From NCBI RefSeq assembly GCF_006345805.1, contig NC_043007.1, positions 8,618,001-8,682,000 on the forward strand: a stretch of 64,000 nt of DNA, written 5' to 3'. Position numbers and translations under genes: made by a program. Under the pieces are notes generated by a model, which was given only the letters and a program-made list of their open reading frames with translations, ran no database searches and was not told where the DNA came from. Below, one piece after another: positions 38,516-54,465 of the stretch. The first letter of the stretch is position 1; the number at the start of each line of letters is the position of its first letter. The stretch is from Octopus sinensis (taxonomy: Eukaryota).

Positions 38516-39514
38516 GTATATTCTTTTATTCTTTTATTTGTTTCAGTCATTTAACTGTGACCATGCTGTTGTAAACATTATCAATCATGCATACACACTG
38601 TACATGTTTTGTCTGTTTGCCAATTTGCTGTAGTGTAACTCGTGGGGGATGACTCCCTCATAATGTTGGATGTTAAAATGCATGAAAGTCATAGACAGGT
38701 GAGACAACCTTCTGGCAAGCCAACCTCAGTCATGCATCTGTAAACACAGTGAGTAACTCAATTGAATTTTCTCAGCGCTACAGGTGGAGTCACTTACCTG
38801 AGTTAGAAATCTAATAGAGATTATAACTTTACCACATAATCCCATCATCATTGACAGGTAAAAGGTTAATCAGCTTTCACTTGAATAAAGCAAATGATGT
38901 TAACGACACTGTTATGCATGACACAATGCAAACCAATGTGAACCAGGTCCAGCTCACAACTGAACCCAAAATAGCCAGTGGTTACTCGCAGGAGAGTTTG
39001 ACTTGGTTGTATTTACCATGCTTTTGTTATTCCTTTTAGGTGCCTATGGAGCAGGGGTGGCCAGAGATATCTTCTCGGCCCTTTCACCCTTGATACAGTG
39101 AAATGTTGAGGATATGATGAGTGAAGGAAGAAATGGCTGCCCCAGCACATAGCTGGCATTCAATACGGCTGAAGAAATTGAAACCATCTAATAGAACTGC
39201 ATTGTTTAAGGAAACAGTGTACCTCCTGTTGAGGAATTGAACTTATGATCTTATGGTTGTGAAGTTAACACTCTGACCACTTGATCACATGTTTCCATGA
39301 CTATTTACATGTAAATTCAAGAGGAATCACCTTCAAAGTCCAAGTGTGGTGGAGAGACAAAAAAAAGAAGCAAAACGAAATCTGATGAATCCATTCATTA
39401 TTCTAGCTTTCTGGTTTTGGTAGGGAAAAGAGAAAAGAAACTGTGAAGACATTCATTACCATTTTCTGTTATAAGAATCAATGCATCTTTACCACCTTTC
39501 TAATTATGAAATGA

Positions 39515-39550
<36 letters not shown>

Positions 39551-39640
39551 ACCTTGGAAATACTTCTAACCTTAATTCAAATAGGGTTTGCTACTCTAAT
39601 GAGTAAGATCAGCTTAGTTTGAAACACATATAATTACATT

Positions 39641-41030
39641 ATTTTCAAGAAAGGGAGCCGCGAAGACCCGCTTAACTACCGACCGGTTTCCCTTACATCA
39701 ATAATCAGCAAGATGTTCGAAACCATCCTTAAGAAAAGTATGATGCTCCACCTCCTAAACACAGCCTCGATCACTGATTCCCAACACGGCTTCGTGCCGA
39801 AGAGATCATGCTTGACCAACTTACTAGTAATGGAAGAATTGGTGACGCACATCCTCGATGATAGTGATGCTGTTGACATCGTTTTATTGGACTTTGCCAA
39901 AGCTTTTGACTCGGTAAATCACCGCCTACTACTTGTCAAGCTTCAAGCATATAGTTTCCATCCGGATATTGTACGATGGGTTGGTGCCTTCCTCTCAGAT
40001 CGCTCCTTCCAAGTTCAAGTTAATGGTTCGCGGTCCGACGTCTCCAGTGCGAGCAGTGGCGTGCCTCAAGGTTCAGTGCTTGGGCCCTTGTTGTTCTTAG
40101 TCTTCATAAATGACTTGCCCGACGACCTCACGCAACACACCCTTCTATTTGCCGACGATATCAAACTGGTCGCTCCTCGCGGTAGTATAGAGGATCTTCG
40201 TCGATGCCTCCACCAAATTTGGAAGTGGTCTAATGATTGGGACCTGTGTCTGAACGTGTCAAAGTGCTGTCATCTGCCTGTCGGCTCTACTCCTGCAACT
40301 CAACTTGATTTCGAGCCGGGTCGTTTGCTGCTGGAGAGGACCGATCAGGTAAAGGACCTGGGTATCTTGGTGGATTCCTCCTTTTCGCCTTCGGCCCAGT
40401 GCGTCCATGCTGCCAACAAAGCGCGGGGAATTCTGTTTTTGATTCGACGGTCATTCGGAATGCTCACAGCAGCCATATTCCTGCCACTCTATGTCATGCT
40501 GGTGAGACCCATATTGGAGTATGGGATTCAAGCCTCTTCTCCTTATCTCCTCAAAGATATACAGCACCTCGAAAGAGTCCAGAGGCTGGCTACCCACATG
40601 GTTCATGGTCTCAAAAATTTGTCCTACGAAGAAAGGCTGAGGACGCTCGACCTTTGTTCTCTTGAAAAACGCCGCCGCCGTGGTGATCTCATTCTCGCCC
40701 ACAACATCATAAGCGGGAAGTGTAACCTCTCGAAAGAGCTGTTCTTCACTCCTGCTCCGGAGCGTCGGCTGCGGGGTCATTCCGAAAAGCTCTACCTGCG
40801 ACGATTTCATCTCAATCGAAGGAGAGGAGCTTTCTCCGTCCGGGTTGCAGATCCGTGGAACAAGCTGCCAGACGAGATGGTGAAGATGCCGACGACCGCT
40901 TTGTTCAAAGCCTCCCTGGACCTCAAGTGGCCTGAACTCTTTACATGAACACCACCCTGTACTTAACTCCATGTCCCCCTACATGGCCTTGCTATTTGCT
41001 TTTGAGCCAAATTAACTAACTAACTAACTA
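39641..41030 (+). mobile_element. 5'-truncated CR1-clade LINE, open RT frame, (TAAC)n tail
   Basis: IFKKG..NYRPVSLTS, LDFAKAFD, SGVPQGSVLGPLLF, FADD, RPILEYG, RRRGDLI, WNKLP. Confidence 0.93.
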
Positions 41031-41282
41031 ACATTATTTACATTTGACGGATATTTGTCCTCATCTTGTTTGTTGTTAACACAATGTTTTGGCTGATATA
41101 CCCTCCAGCCTTCATCAGGTGTCTTGTGGAAATTGCAAACCTGGGTTCTCGTTCCTTAGGTATTTTCTGGGCATATGGTATAGTAGTTAAGAGCACGGGC
41201 TACTAACCCCAAGATTCCGAGTTCGATTCCAGGCAGTCACCTGAATAATAATGATAACAACAACAACAACAACAACAACAAC

Positions 41283-41322
<40 letters not shown>

Positions 41323-41500
41323 TCAAAAATAACTTGTGAATGAGAACCCAGGTTCGAATTTTCTCCAAAACACCTGATGAGGGCTGGTGGGTATATCAGC
41401 CAAAACATTGTGCTAACAACAAACAAGATGAGGACAAATATCCGTCAAATGTAAATAATGTAAATAATGTAAATAATTCCTCATCTTTTAAATATAGAAC
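41031..41500 (+). mobile_element. tRNA-head + (AAC/AAT)n + hammerhead composite element with upstream inverted partial copy
   Basis: Head 41169-41240 with B box GAGTTCGATTCC; CTGATGA at 41374; 41031-41166 is the reverse complement of the 3' half. Confidence 0.8.
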
Positions 41501-41694
41501 TGTACACATATATGTAGTTGGTTACCTAACGCTTTTTTTCACTTTCTTCATTATTCACAATCAATAGAATAATTACAAATGCTATAAACGAATTTTAATC
41601 ATGACTGCTATAAAGTAACAATACATGGAATTAATTCTTTCTCTTTCATGTTGATGCATCTATCTATCAGTCTCTCTCTCTATCTATCTATCTA

Positions 41695-41745
<51 letters not shown>

Positions 41746-42207
41746 GAATCTATTTATCAGTTTGTCTTCCTGTCTATCTATCTACTGACCTATCTACTTA
41801 CCTACCTACCTATCTACCTATCTACCTGTCTGTCTGTCTGCCTGTTTGTCCGTTCGTCCGCCTGCCTGTCCGCCTGTCCGTCCGTCTGTCTGTCTATCTA
41901 TCAACTTAATGAAAGACAACACTAAAATAATGGAAACACAAGATACAAAAGGTTAACAGTTGGCAACACATGCAAATAAACAAGCACATTAAACGTATAC
42001 ATTCCATCATCAGCTGCCGAACAAACGTCATTAGGATTTTGCTACCTGGGTATCTCTTTATATTATAAATTTTTTGTTTGAATTCTGTAGATATTAACGG
42101 ATTTCCACATGTATATCCAGTAAAAGGAGAATTCCTGCTGTATGATAGCCTATGGTTGCTGATACTCGTGGAGGAGGTTTGTGAAACATGCTGGGTGACT
42201 GTCTGTC

Positions 42208-42274
<67 letters not shown>

Positions 42275-42286
42275 GTATACACACAA

Positions 42287-42325
<39 letters not shown>

Positions 42326-42359
42326 AGAGAGAGAGAGAGAGAGAGAAAAGATAAAAAAA

Positions 42360-44600
<2,241 letters not shown>

Positions 44601-44710
44601 TCATATATTCTATTTCTGTAAACATCCACCATGTGAGTTTCCACACTAAAATATTTTCTACCATATACATATATATATATATATAGAGAGAGAGAGATGC
44701 AGCACGGATT

Positions 44711-44761
44711 TTTGTCAGTGAACAGGTCGCGGTCTTATAGCGACGAAAATATTTTGACAAA
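44711..44761 (+). ncRNA. Hammerhead motif with swapped G3-C8 core (GUGAACA)
   Basis: tttgtca-GTGAACA-g-gtcgc-ggtcttata-gcgac-GAAA-atat-TT-tgacaaa: 7-bp stem I, 5-bp stem II, palindromic AATATT. Confidence 0.65.
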
Positions 44762-44843
44762 TTAAACTTAAATGTTGAAGTGAATCGAACGGCTTTTGTG
44801 TGTTTCTTATATGGCTTACAAACACCTTCCACACGCTGCAATT

Positions 44844-44892
<49 letters not shown>

Positions 44893-44971
44893 GGGAAGGT
44901 TTACGAAAATAAACAAAAGACGAAGGCAGGTGGAGTACAAATAAACAAATGTATTAGTATGGCGCTCAGGA

Positions 44972-45066
<95 letters not shown>

Positions 45067-45434
45067 AGAGAGAGAGGGGGAGATATAGGTAGATAGACAA
45101 ACTGATAGATATACATATACTGATGCACGCACACACACACACACACTAACACATACCGCGTGCGCTTATACATGATTTGATTCGTCTGATGCAGTTTGTC
45201 TTCTCTAGAGTAAAACGCATTACGGTGGAATCCCCTAATATACTACTGCTTGTAACTGATAAACAAAGATCGACATAATATTTGGTGTGACGTAGAAGTA
45301 TAGGATAATTACAGAAATATTCAGAAACTCAAAAGATAAGTTTTATAGAGAAACTGAAAAGAGAAGTTTTTATATTCATGCCTTTTGTCGAACGGAAGAA
45401 GTGAAAGTAGTTAAGTTGATCGGCATCAAACAAC

Positions 45435-47090
45435 CAAGTGACATTTCCTTAAGGAATTGTTTCGTCATGTTGTATACCTTCAGCAGTGCCCCTTGATTCA
45501 GCCAGGCATCTTTCCTCACAGATCTCAACACCTGTATCCAACTGAAGAGATATGCAACGTTTGGATTGGATGGCAACAGGCCACCTTACTCATCAAATAT
45601 GTCGGCCTCGGCCTCCGTTCTCTGGTCTCACTGGCACTTTAGGGATTTCACTCGTCAGTGACCTTTTGCCGAGTCTTCATCAATAGGGTTCTCCGCAACA
45701 CAAGTGAAAGTACTGAGATTGGGGTGCACGAGGTGACCAATGTGACATGGAGCCACTTTGGCCTTCGCCTTCTCCCTATCCCCTCTGTGGTCGTTCAGTC
45801 CCTGCTAAAACAAACGGGACGCTATCCAGTGCAACATGATCTTGGGTGAGTTTGACTCCCAGATCCACAGCGGTGCCTGGATCAATGTTGTGCCATCACT
45901 TTCGACTGGCACTCAGCTTGATAGCGGCTGTCTGCGAATTGGCCTTCCCCTCAGGCTTCACCTCCAGATCCGTGAGCCTCACAAATGTCGTTGCGGATCC
46001 CTTGTGGATTCTTTCGGCCTTTATGGCGCTGGTCGCCTTCCATGACATGCCGCCCTTAACAAAATCATAAACCATGGCCTAGACGCCGCAGACTTCCCTT
46101 CCCAGCTCGAGCCTACTCAGCTAAACCGAGGAGACGGTAAAAGACCTGACAGCAGTGGCGGCTCGTAGTTGAAATTAGTGGGGATGCTGCTTCAGAAAAT
46201 TTTTAGCCGTTGTTTTAATATTGTGGAAAATGAAACAAACATATAAAAACAAAATTTATACATAAACTTCATCGGTTTGTGTTTTAGCCACTGCCGGGTA
46301 GTGCGTTTAATTTATTCACTGAACATCACCGTGAATTCCCCCTTGTTCCCCCCCCCACCCAAAATCATCACATTGAAGAATATAAACACGTTTTTAAGCC
46401 CAACACACGTGGAATCAAAAATAAAGACTACCTTTCACCCAGCACTGTCGGTCACACAGTTCTCTCTCTCCCTAGTGTGAAGCATGCCCACCCTAGCATG
46501 CCCACCACAGTCAAACACCGCATCGCTGGAACTATGAAGCGCACAGTTCTATACATGTATTTTTGTATTTTTTCCATAAACTAAGCGATAGTTACTGACA
46601 TTAAGCTTAAGCATTATATAATGTGCAAGTATAAAGAAAGAATCAAAGAGAAAAGGGATTCGTTATATTGAATGTTATCGATAATATCGAGTGGAAATAG
46701 AGGGTGCTGCAGTTCTGCAGTTCCTATACACAAGCCGCGACTGCCTGGCGGTATGACAGTTTCCGCGTTTCATAATATTAGGCGCCTCGTCAGGGATGTT
46801 ACATACTGAAATCTTCTCCAGTGGTAACTTGGTGTGTACCAGCCCAGGTTCCGCTGCTCGTCTTGCCGTGAAAGGAAAAATGGCAGAATATTGGCTGCTC
46901 TCTGACAAGTGTTTAACAGTGGAAGCCTCCGGCGTTTTTGATTCCCCGACCAAATCCTTGCTCACTGCTATCGGGGCAGAGATGGCTCTCCGTAAGTGCG
47001 AACCTCGTGAATCAGAGTGGCTGTTCTAGCACATCTTCCACGCCATCCTCTGGTGCTACGCCTTTTCCATTTTGTTTAAATGGGGCCATG
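45435..47090 (+). mobile_element. Degraded CRE-like non-LTR element (restriction-like endonuclease)
   Basis: WQQATL....GLGLRS, HSGAWINVVP...LRL....[18 protein letters not shown] after removing the insertion. Confidence 0.75.
46153..46743. mobile_element. hAT-type MITE
   Basis: Termini CAGTGGCGGCTCGT / ACAAGCCGCGACTG; 8-bp TSD cctgacag / cctggcgg. Confidence 0.75.
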
Positions 47091-48301
47091 GGGTGGACTG
47101 ACAAACCTTTTTAGATATTTCTTTGCTGTGAGAAAAAGGAAAAATATGATGATTGGGGCAAGGCCCTTCATCAAATTTAGAAAGCTATTGCACTAAGCAT
47201 CACCATAGACTAATAAATGTAAAAGACAACAGACAAATCTGTGAATTCTGCTTATTCTTTGGAAGGACAAACGTGATTTGGTTTAAAAAGCAATAAATAT
47301 CACGTCAGTATATTTTCTATTCTGTTACTTTTGCTGTGTCGAGTTTTAAGCCTTCAAACGGTAAACTTTCCTTAAACGTAACTATTTATCATACTAATCA
47401 GAGCTAGTTGTGTCGAATTAATTAGAGTTTTGATCTAGTTTAGCTCAAGGTCAGCTTGTGTTGACTTGTGATCCAGCAGACCTATAATGAAATTTGATTC
47501 AAACGCAATTTCCCTGTTTTTCAAAAACATCTTTTAATAGCCATATTGTACCCAGAACTGCATGATTCCATTTTAAAGATGGTTACAGTGTCGTTTTTGT
47601 GAGATTTGGCTGCTATTTCTCGATGGTTGAGTGAGCGCGCAGCTACTTGCATTGTAATTTGCTGAGATCTGTGATAAGTGTTGAAAGCACGGCAACATTT
47701 TGGTATAGTACCATGCTGGATCTGGTATACCATTTATAAACTAATACTATTTAAAGTTCTATATTTAAGAGATGAGGAATTATGTACAATATCTACATTA
47801 TTTACATTTGACGGATATTTGTCCTCATCTTGTTTGTTGTTATCCCCTCCAGCCTTCATCATGGATAACCTCTCAAAGAAGACATAAATCATATCTTCCT
47901 ATTACATCAATATATTAATCTATACTTAATTTTAACCATTTCTTCATTTCTTAACCTAAAAGATGATAATATACTAAATATCAATAATAATATAACTAAT
48001 GTCTTATATAATAAAGATAAAATAATTACTTCATTAAAACAAAAAACAACTATCTGTAATATGAAACCCCAAAACAAAGCAGCATTTCTTGTTGCCCCAA
48101 TCTTTTGCTGGACATCGCCCACATCAGTCTTATCAGTAAGGGTGAGATAACGGAGATCATATGAACTGTTTCTTCTGAACCACTACGCCACATGCCCAGT
48201 GGCATGTGGCGTAGTGGTTAAGAGCGCGGATTACTAACCCCAAGATTCCGAGTTCGATTCCAGGCAGTGATCTGAATAATAATAATAATAATAATAATAA
48301 T

Positions 48302-49610
48302 CCACCCTAAGGCAGATACAGAACGACTCTATCTGCCAAGAAAAGAGGGAGGCCGTGGTCTTTTGCAACTGGCAATAACAATGAAGATTGCTACAATTGG
48401 CCTAGACACCTACCTGAAAAACTCTGAGGACTGGATGTTAAAACTTGTCTCAAAACATGAAAACAAGAAAGCATCATACTCAGTCACAAAACAGGCAAAG
48501 GAATATCTAAGTGAATTCCGAATACAACCAATTTCGGAATTAGAGATAGATATACAAGAAACAAGCACAGAAAAAGCTAGCGCATGAAAACCCGTGCCAA
48601 AACTGCGGCCTTAGATATTCTGAATAATAAATGGCAAGAAAAACCTCTCTATGGCAAATACCCAAAGAGAGCGAATAATGCAGATATCGACAAAGCCCTG
48701 ACCCATCAATGGCTAATGGCCTCTGGCTAAAAATCTGAAACAGAGGGGTTTATCATAGCAGCTCAAGATCAATGCCTACCAACAAGAAACTACCAGGCCA
48801 ACATATTAAAGATCAGAAGCAGTCCAACGTGTCGTGTATGCAGGCAACAAAATGAAACCATTGACCATGTGGTCTCCAAGTGCAGTCTTCTAGTGCCTAC
48901 AGAGTATCTCAACAGGCACGATAGAGCTGCACAATATATTCACTGGGTAATCTGTAAAAACTTGGATTTGCCCCATGAAAAAAACTGGTGGGAACACAAA
49001 CCACCCCCAGTGCTTGAAAATGACCACATCTCACTCCTCTGGAACTTCACCATTCAAACTGACAGGAAGATAGATGCAAATAGGCCAGACATCATATTGA
49101 AAGACTTCAAACAAAGAACATGCCTCCTCATTGATATGACTGTCCCAATCGATATAAACGTATCTGTCAAGACCTACCAAAAACTGAGCAAATATAAAGA
49201 TCTTGAAATAGAAATCAGCAAAATGTGGAAGCTGAAGACTAAAACAATACCTGTTGTCATAGGTGCCCTGGGAATGATAGCAAAAGGGGCTGATAGCTAC
49301 CTAACTCAGATACCAGGAAACCCAAAAATGGCAGAAGTTCAAAAGATAGTGCTCATGGGAACTGCTCATATCCTACGCAAAATACTCTCTATGTAATCTC
49401 AAGGTTTAAAACAAACATAATTTTCGGTTTAAAAAAAAAAAAAAAACCTTTTTTTTTTTTAGACATTCATTAGTACAACATCCCCACCCCCCAAATATAT
49501 GGCACACTAGGCATAACAACAACATGAACTTCCAACCCTGTTGTCTCTTGAGGTCTCTGGGTGAGACTTGGAGCCAACTTGTACAAATATAAAGCAAAAG
49601 TCAAACATAG
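48302..49610 (+). mobile_element. R4/Dong-like non-LTR element, 5'-truncated
   Basis: HPKADTERLYLPRKEGGRGL, ETEGFIIAAQDQ, CRVC..ETIDHVVSKC, RHD, NRPDII..LIDMTVP..KY; lies inside (AAT)n. Confidence 0.92.
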
Positions 49611-49682
49611 AATAATAATAATAATAATAGCATCAACATCGAAAAATACCTTATGAGAAACCCAGGTTCGAAATTTCCCCAA

Positions 49683-49729
49683 GACACCTGATGAAATGCT
49701 GGAAGGTATATCAGCCGAAACGTTGTGTT
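49683..49729 (+). ncRNA. Minimal type I hammerhead ribozyme motif
   Basis: gacac-CTGATGA-aat-gctg...cagc-c-GAAA-c-GTT-gtgtt; palindromic AACGTT. Confidence 0.7.
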
Positions 49730-52331
49730 AAGATGAAGACAAATATCCGTCAAATGTAAATAATGTAAATAATGATACTATTTATTCTACATAGTTTGGT
49801 CAATTATTGTGTCGGCGTTGTATTTTTTCGTGTTTTAATTGTCCACTGCGATTTTGAGCATGTTCTGCCCGGTGTGTAACAGACACTGGTATGTTATGTG
49901 CGTCACTTGGAATACGATAATCGTTGAATAACAGAGTAAAAAGCGATATACATTCTAAGTGTTTCTTGAAAGTAGAGCGCTAGCAAATAGATTTCGTATA
50001 ATTATTAACCTATTTTTGCTGAGTAACGATTATTATTTCTTTGTAATTTGGTGATTATAACAAGGGAAAGAACTCATTAAAAAAAATTCTTTGCAGTTGT
50101 AAATTAAGTCTGTTCTGTTTGATTAAAAAACAAAAAATGTTTGTCAGGCGAGAAGAAACAGTTCATATGACCTCTGTTATCTCACGCTTACTGATAAGAC
50201 TGGTGTGGGCGATGTCCAGTCAAAATATATTCAGGCTATCTGCCAGATATGCGCAAGTGGGAAGGGTTCCAATAATCGAACTAGAGTAAAACCTACTAAA
50301 AACAGTTAAGTACGAAGTTGGGGTATTTACCTGGGTGACATGCAAAGCCGACAGTTTGAATATAAAACGATTGACAGAGCAATACACTTCTGTAGCTTTT
50401 ACTTTCTTCAGAACGATGCATGAAAGAGATCTTTGAAAGGCTGCGATGCTGTTGCTATTGTTTACCGCCTGGTTAGTTCTGATCGAATAATGCTAAGGGT
50501 AAAGGCTTTCTAGACGTGACCATCAGGTCACACACACACACACACACAGTCAGCTGCTGTCACTTACGAGTTGGCTTGGTTACTGTATCGCAAGCAGGCT
50601 AGTCTCTCCATCGGCCTACTTACTATTTAGACCCAGCGAAATATGCAGGATGACCGCTAGAGGGGAAAAAAGACTAGAAGCACTATCCCGCCAGAACTCA
50701 TTACAGCCAAGAAGGTCGGGGCGACAAGAAATGAAGTGCCTTGCTCAAGGACACAACACGCCGCCTATTTCAAGAGTTCAAACCCCACAACCTTATACAG
50801 CGGATACACACACACACACAAAGTGATTCTTTTCGTAAAAGTTATCTCTTTTACACAATACACGGTGCTGTCACCTAATTCCTGAATCTCCTTCTTCCAT
50901 TCTTTTCATAAAATGGCACCCTGAAGCGGTGGATGGAGAGAATCGATAGACAAAATGTCTTGCAGTGTTTGCCGCGGTTCTGAGTTCAAATCCCGCCAAG
51001 GTCAATGTTGCCTTTCGAGAAACTAAAGAACGACTTTAAGATTGGCTTCAAATTTTGGCACAAGGCCAGCAATTTCGGGGAGAGGTTAAGTCAATTACAT
51101 CGACCCCAGTGCTCTACTGGTATTTATTCTATCGACCCCGAAAGGGATGAAAAGCACAGTCGCCTTCGGCGGATTTTGAACTCAGAACGTAATGACGGAC
51201 GAAATGCCGCAAAGCATTTTACCCGGCAGGCTAACGATTCTGCCAGCTCGCAGTCGTTAAGAGCCAATCTAATATTGATGTGGGAAAAGTATCGATTAAC
51301 TCATTCCCTCAAAAGTTCAAGCCATTTGCCTAAATTAGAAACCTTTGTTGTACGAACCTATAAGGCTCGGAGAATCATTAGAGCATTGAAAAAATATCTT
51401 GCGGTGTTTCTTCAGGCTACTAACTCTCTACTAAGTCATCGTTGCCTTTTAATTCCCTCAAGGTCGATGAAATAAAAAATAAACAACCAGTCAAATACAA
51501 GGATCCTCACAGAGTTTCTTTCATTTCCCGTTGTTTCAGGGCCCAACAAGTCGAAACAACTGCCGCAGCTCATTCTATCCAAGGCAATTAAAACGACTGT
51601 TTCTAATTAACGAAAATAATTTTCAAACTTTATGAAATACTGGAGTTATTTCCCTTGTTTAGTTGTAAAATAAATAAATAAATAAATTCTTTATTTCTTC
51701 GTTTCTTTATCGCTTTTAGCCGTTCGACTTTAGCGGGTACATTTTGTTTGACCATGTTCCTGCAGAACTGGGTGATCCCATGGTTTTGTGTTTATGGTTC
51801 CCTAAACAGCAGAAACACCTTTATTTTCAACCATGAACACGAAGCTATGTGCCAAGTTCACTTTTCCCCCTTTTCTGTCGGTTAAACGAAAGCGTTACAT
51901 CAGCTTCGAAGGGTCCATTACGATTGAACAGGTCGAGTTCAATAAAATACCTGGAGAAACATGAAATCCCAGTCAAAACTAATTCTATAATACGTAGTCA
52001 CACAGACACACACACACACACACACTCGCACGCACAGACACGCACGCACACACACGCGCACGCACACACACACACACATACGCACGTACACACTCATGCG
52101 CGCGCACACTCACACACACATTCGCTCACACACATTCACTTACACACATGTATGTGTATGCGCTGTATTTATACGCATGCAGAGCTCTCTCTCTCTCTCC
52201 GTCTGTCTGTCTGTCTATCTCTCTCTCGCTATATATATATATGTATAAGGATGAAAAGGAACACACGAGTTGATATATATGAAAAAATAAGTCAAAATAG
52301 AAAATGCTAAAATAATTTTATAAAGAACATT

Positions 52332-52372
52332 TCAGTACCGGTTTCAGTCATTTTGAGATCTTTTCAACTGTA
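52332..52372 (-). ncRNA. Hammerhead motif with U3-A8 core (UUGAAAA)
   Basis: cag-TTGAAAA-gatc-tcaaaat-gact-GAAA-ccg-GTA-ctg; palindromic ACCGGT; stem II imperfect. Confidence 0.55.
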
Positions 52373-52495
52373 ACGATTAAATAATTAAATTTAGAAAAAT
52401 TAAAAGAAATGTTTTTTTAAAGGAATATTTGTATAGTGTTCAAATATAAGTGGCATTTTCCTTGTTTCTGCCTTGCTCTGTCTCTCTTGTTCACA

Positions 52496-52539
<44 letters not shown>

Positions 52540-52542
<3 letters not shown>

Positions 52543-52872
52543 GGTAAAGACCCCCTTCGGTCATGAATGACCATGGGATTGCACCTAGAAAGTTACCCTC
52601 CTAGACACAAGTCTGGGCAAGGTTGTTTATGGAAGGCCAGCAGTCGCCCATGCATACCGGCCTCCCCTCTCCACGCCACCAGTGTTATCCAAGGGAAAGA
52701 CAAAGGTCGATACAGCTTGGCACCTGTGACGTCGCAACTCATTTCTATAGCTGAGTGAACTGGAGCAACGTGAAATAAAGTGCCTTGCTCGAGAACACAA
52801 CACGTAGCCCGGTCCGGGATTCGAGCTCACAACCTCACGATCGTAAGCGCGACGCTCTAACCACTGAGCCAT
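52540..52872 (-). mobile_element. tRNA-derived SINE (same family as 2680-3017)
   Basis: Near-identical reverse complement; (TA)n flanks. Confidence 0.88.
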
Positions 52873-53569
52873 ATATATACATACATACATACATACATAT
52901 ATATGGCTTTATTCTTTTACTTGCTTCATTTGACTGCGGCCATGCTAGAGCACCGCCTTATATATATATATATATGGGAGGTATCTTTTCAAGTCGACGT
53001 AAAAGCCAGACAGATAGAGTGCGATTGAATCGGAGAAGTTCTTTTGAAGTTGGCGTTCCGTCTCTGTATGTGTGTGTGTGTGTCACTGAAGCTATACATA
53101 CATACATACATAGCCTCTCCCTCTCCTTTTCTCCCTCAGTCTCTCACACATTCATTCACTACAAAAAGTGAATAAAAAAATTGCAGTTATCGCTCTCTCA
53201 CACACACAGTAGCAACATTACTCTCTCTATCTCTTCACACACACTAACAAAAGCACTTCACTTACATACCACACTTTCTGTCTCGCACACCCCATCAAAC
53301 ACACACACACATACATACACACACTCACGCACGCACAAATGTACATCAATTCTTCCGATTCACACCAACTTCAAAAGAACTTCCCTCATACAATCGCGCT
53401 CACTTTGTCTCTTTCGCTTCCACGCCGACTTCAAAAGATCCTATTTCCCCCCAACCCCATATGTAAAATAATAAAAGTTTTTTTTACGGAAATTGACGAT
53501 CATCTTCACAAATGTAAATAAACACACGTGGTTTGTAACTAGCAGTCGTGTGTTCTTGTAACCAAAGAT

Positions 53570-53659
<90 letters not shown>

Positions 53660-53742
53660 ATAAGGATAATATCGGTATTTAAGTATCGATTTTATCAAGT
53701 GGCCAGCATGGGAATAAATGCCATACAAAGGTAATAATTATT

Positions 53743-54265
53743 TAAAACTATAAATTAGGGTATCCGAGAGATACCACGCTGAAATAGCAGTCAAAACCTG
53801 ACCCTAAAGCCACATTAAATGTTCATACATCGCTTGGAGAGTAGACATAGAGATAAAATAAACTAGCAAATAAAGATTTTTCTAGATAATTCAAGATCCT
53901 GGATTTCTGAATTTGCATAAGAGAAGCTCTGCCTTCTTCGGCTGGATATACCAGATAGCACATAAATACAGGTATCTATCTATATCTATATATATATACA
54001 GAACATACGTTATACTTACATATACGAACGCTCATACATACACTATATATGCACGTATATATATATATATACAGAGCTTCTCTTATGCAAAGTAAAAAAT
54101 CCAGGATCTTGAATTATCCAGAAAAAATCTTTATTTGCTAGTTTATTTTGTCTCTATGTCTACTCTCCTAGCGCTGTATGAACATTTAATGTGGCTTTAG
54201 GGTCAGGGTTTTGACTGCTATTTCAGCGTGGTGCTATCGCTCAGATACCCTAATTTATAGTTTTA
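53743..54265. repeat. Foldback with ~190-bp inverted arms
   Basis: 53743-53931 is the reverse complement of 54072-54265. Confidence 0.9.
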
Positions 54266-54433
54266 TACGCACACACACACACACACACACACACATGTAT
54301 GTATGTATGTATGTATGTATGTATGTATGTATGTATGTATGTATGTATGTATGTATGTATGTATGTAGTATGTATGTATGTATGTATGTATGTATGCATG
54401 TATGTATGTATGTATGTATGTATGTATGTATGT

Positions 54434-54465
<32 letters not shown>

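Larger units (their letters stand above)
48200..49773 (+). mobile_element. Composite tRNA/hammerhead element interrupted by a Dong-like LINE
   Basis: A box TGGCGTAGTGG, B box GTTCGATTCC; hammerhead at 49683-49729. Confidence 0.85.

Noticed and set aside
48200-48272. tRNA gene
   Set aside because: A/B boxes are present but no proper acceptor stem or T-run terminator; it is the head of a repeated element
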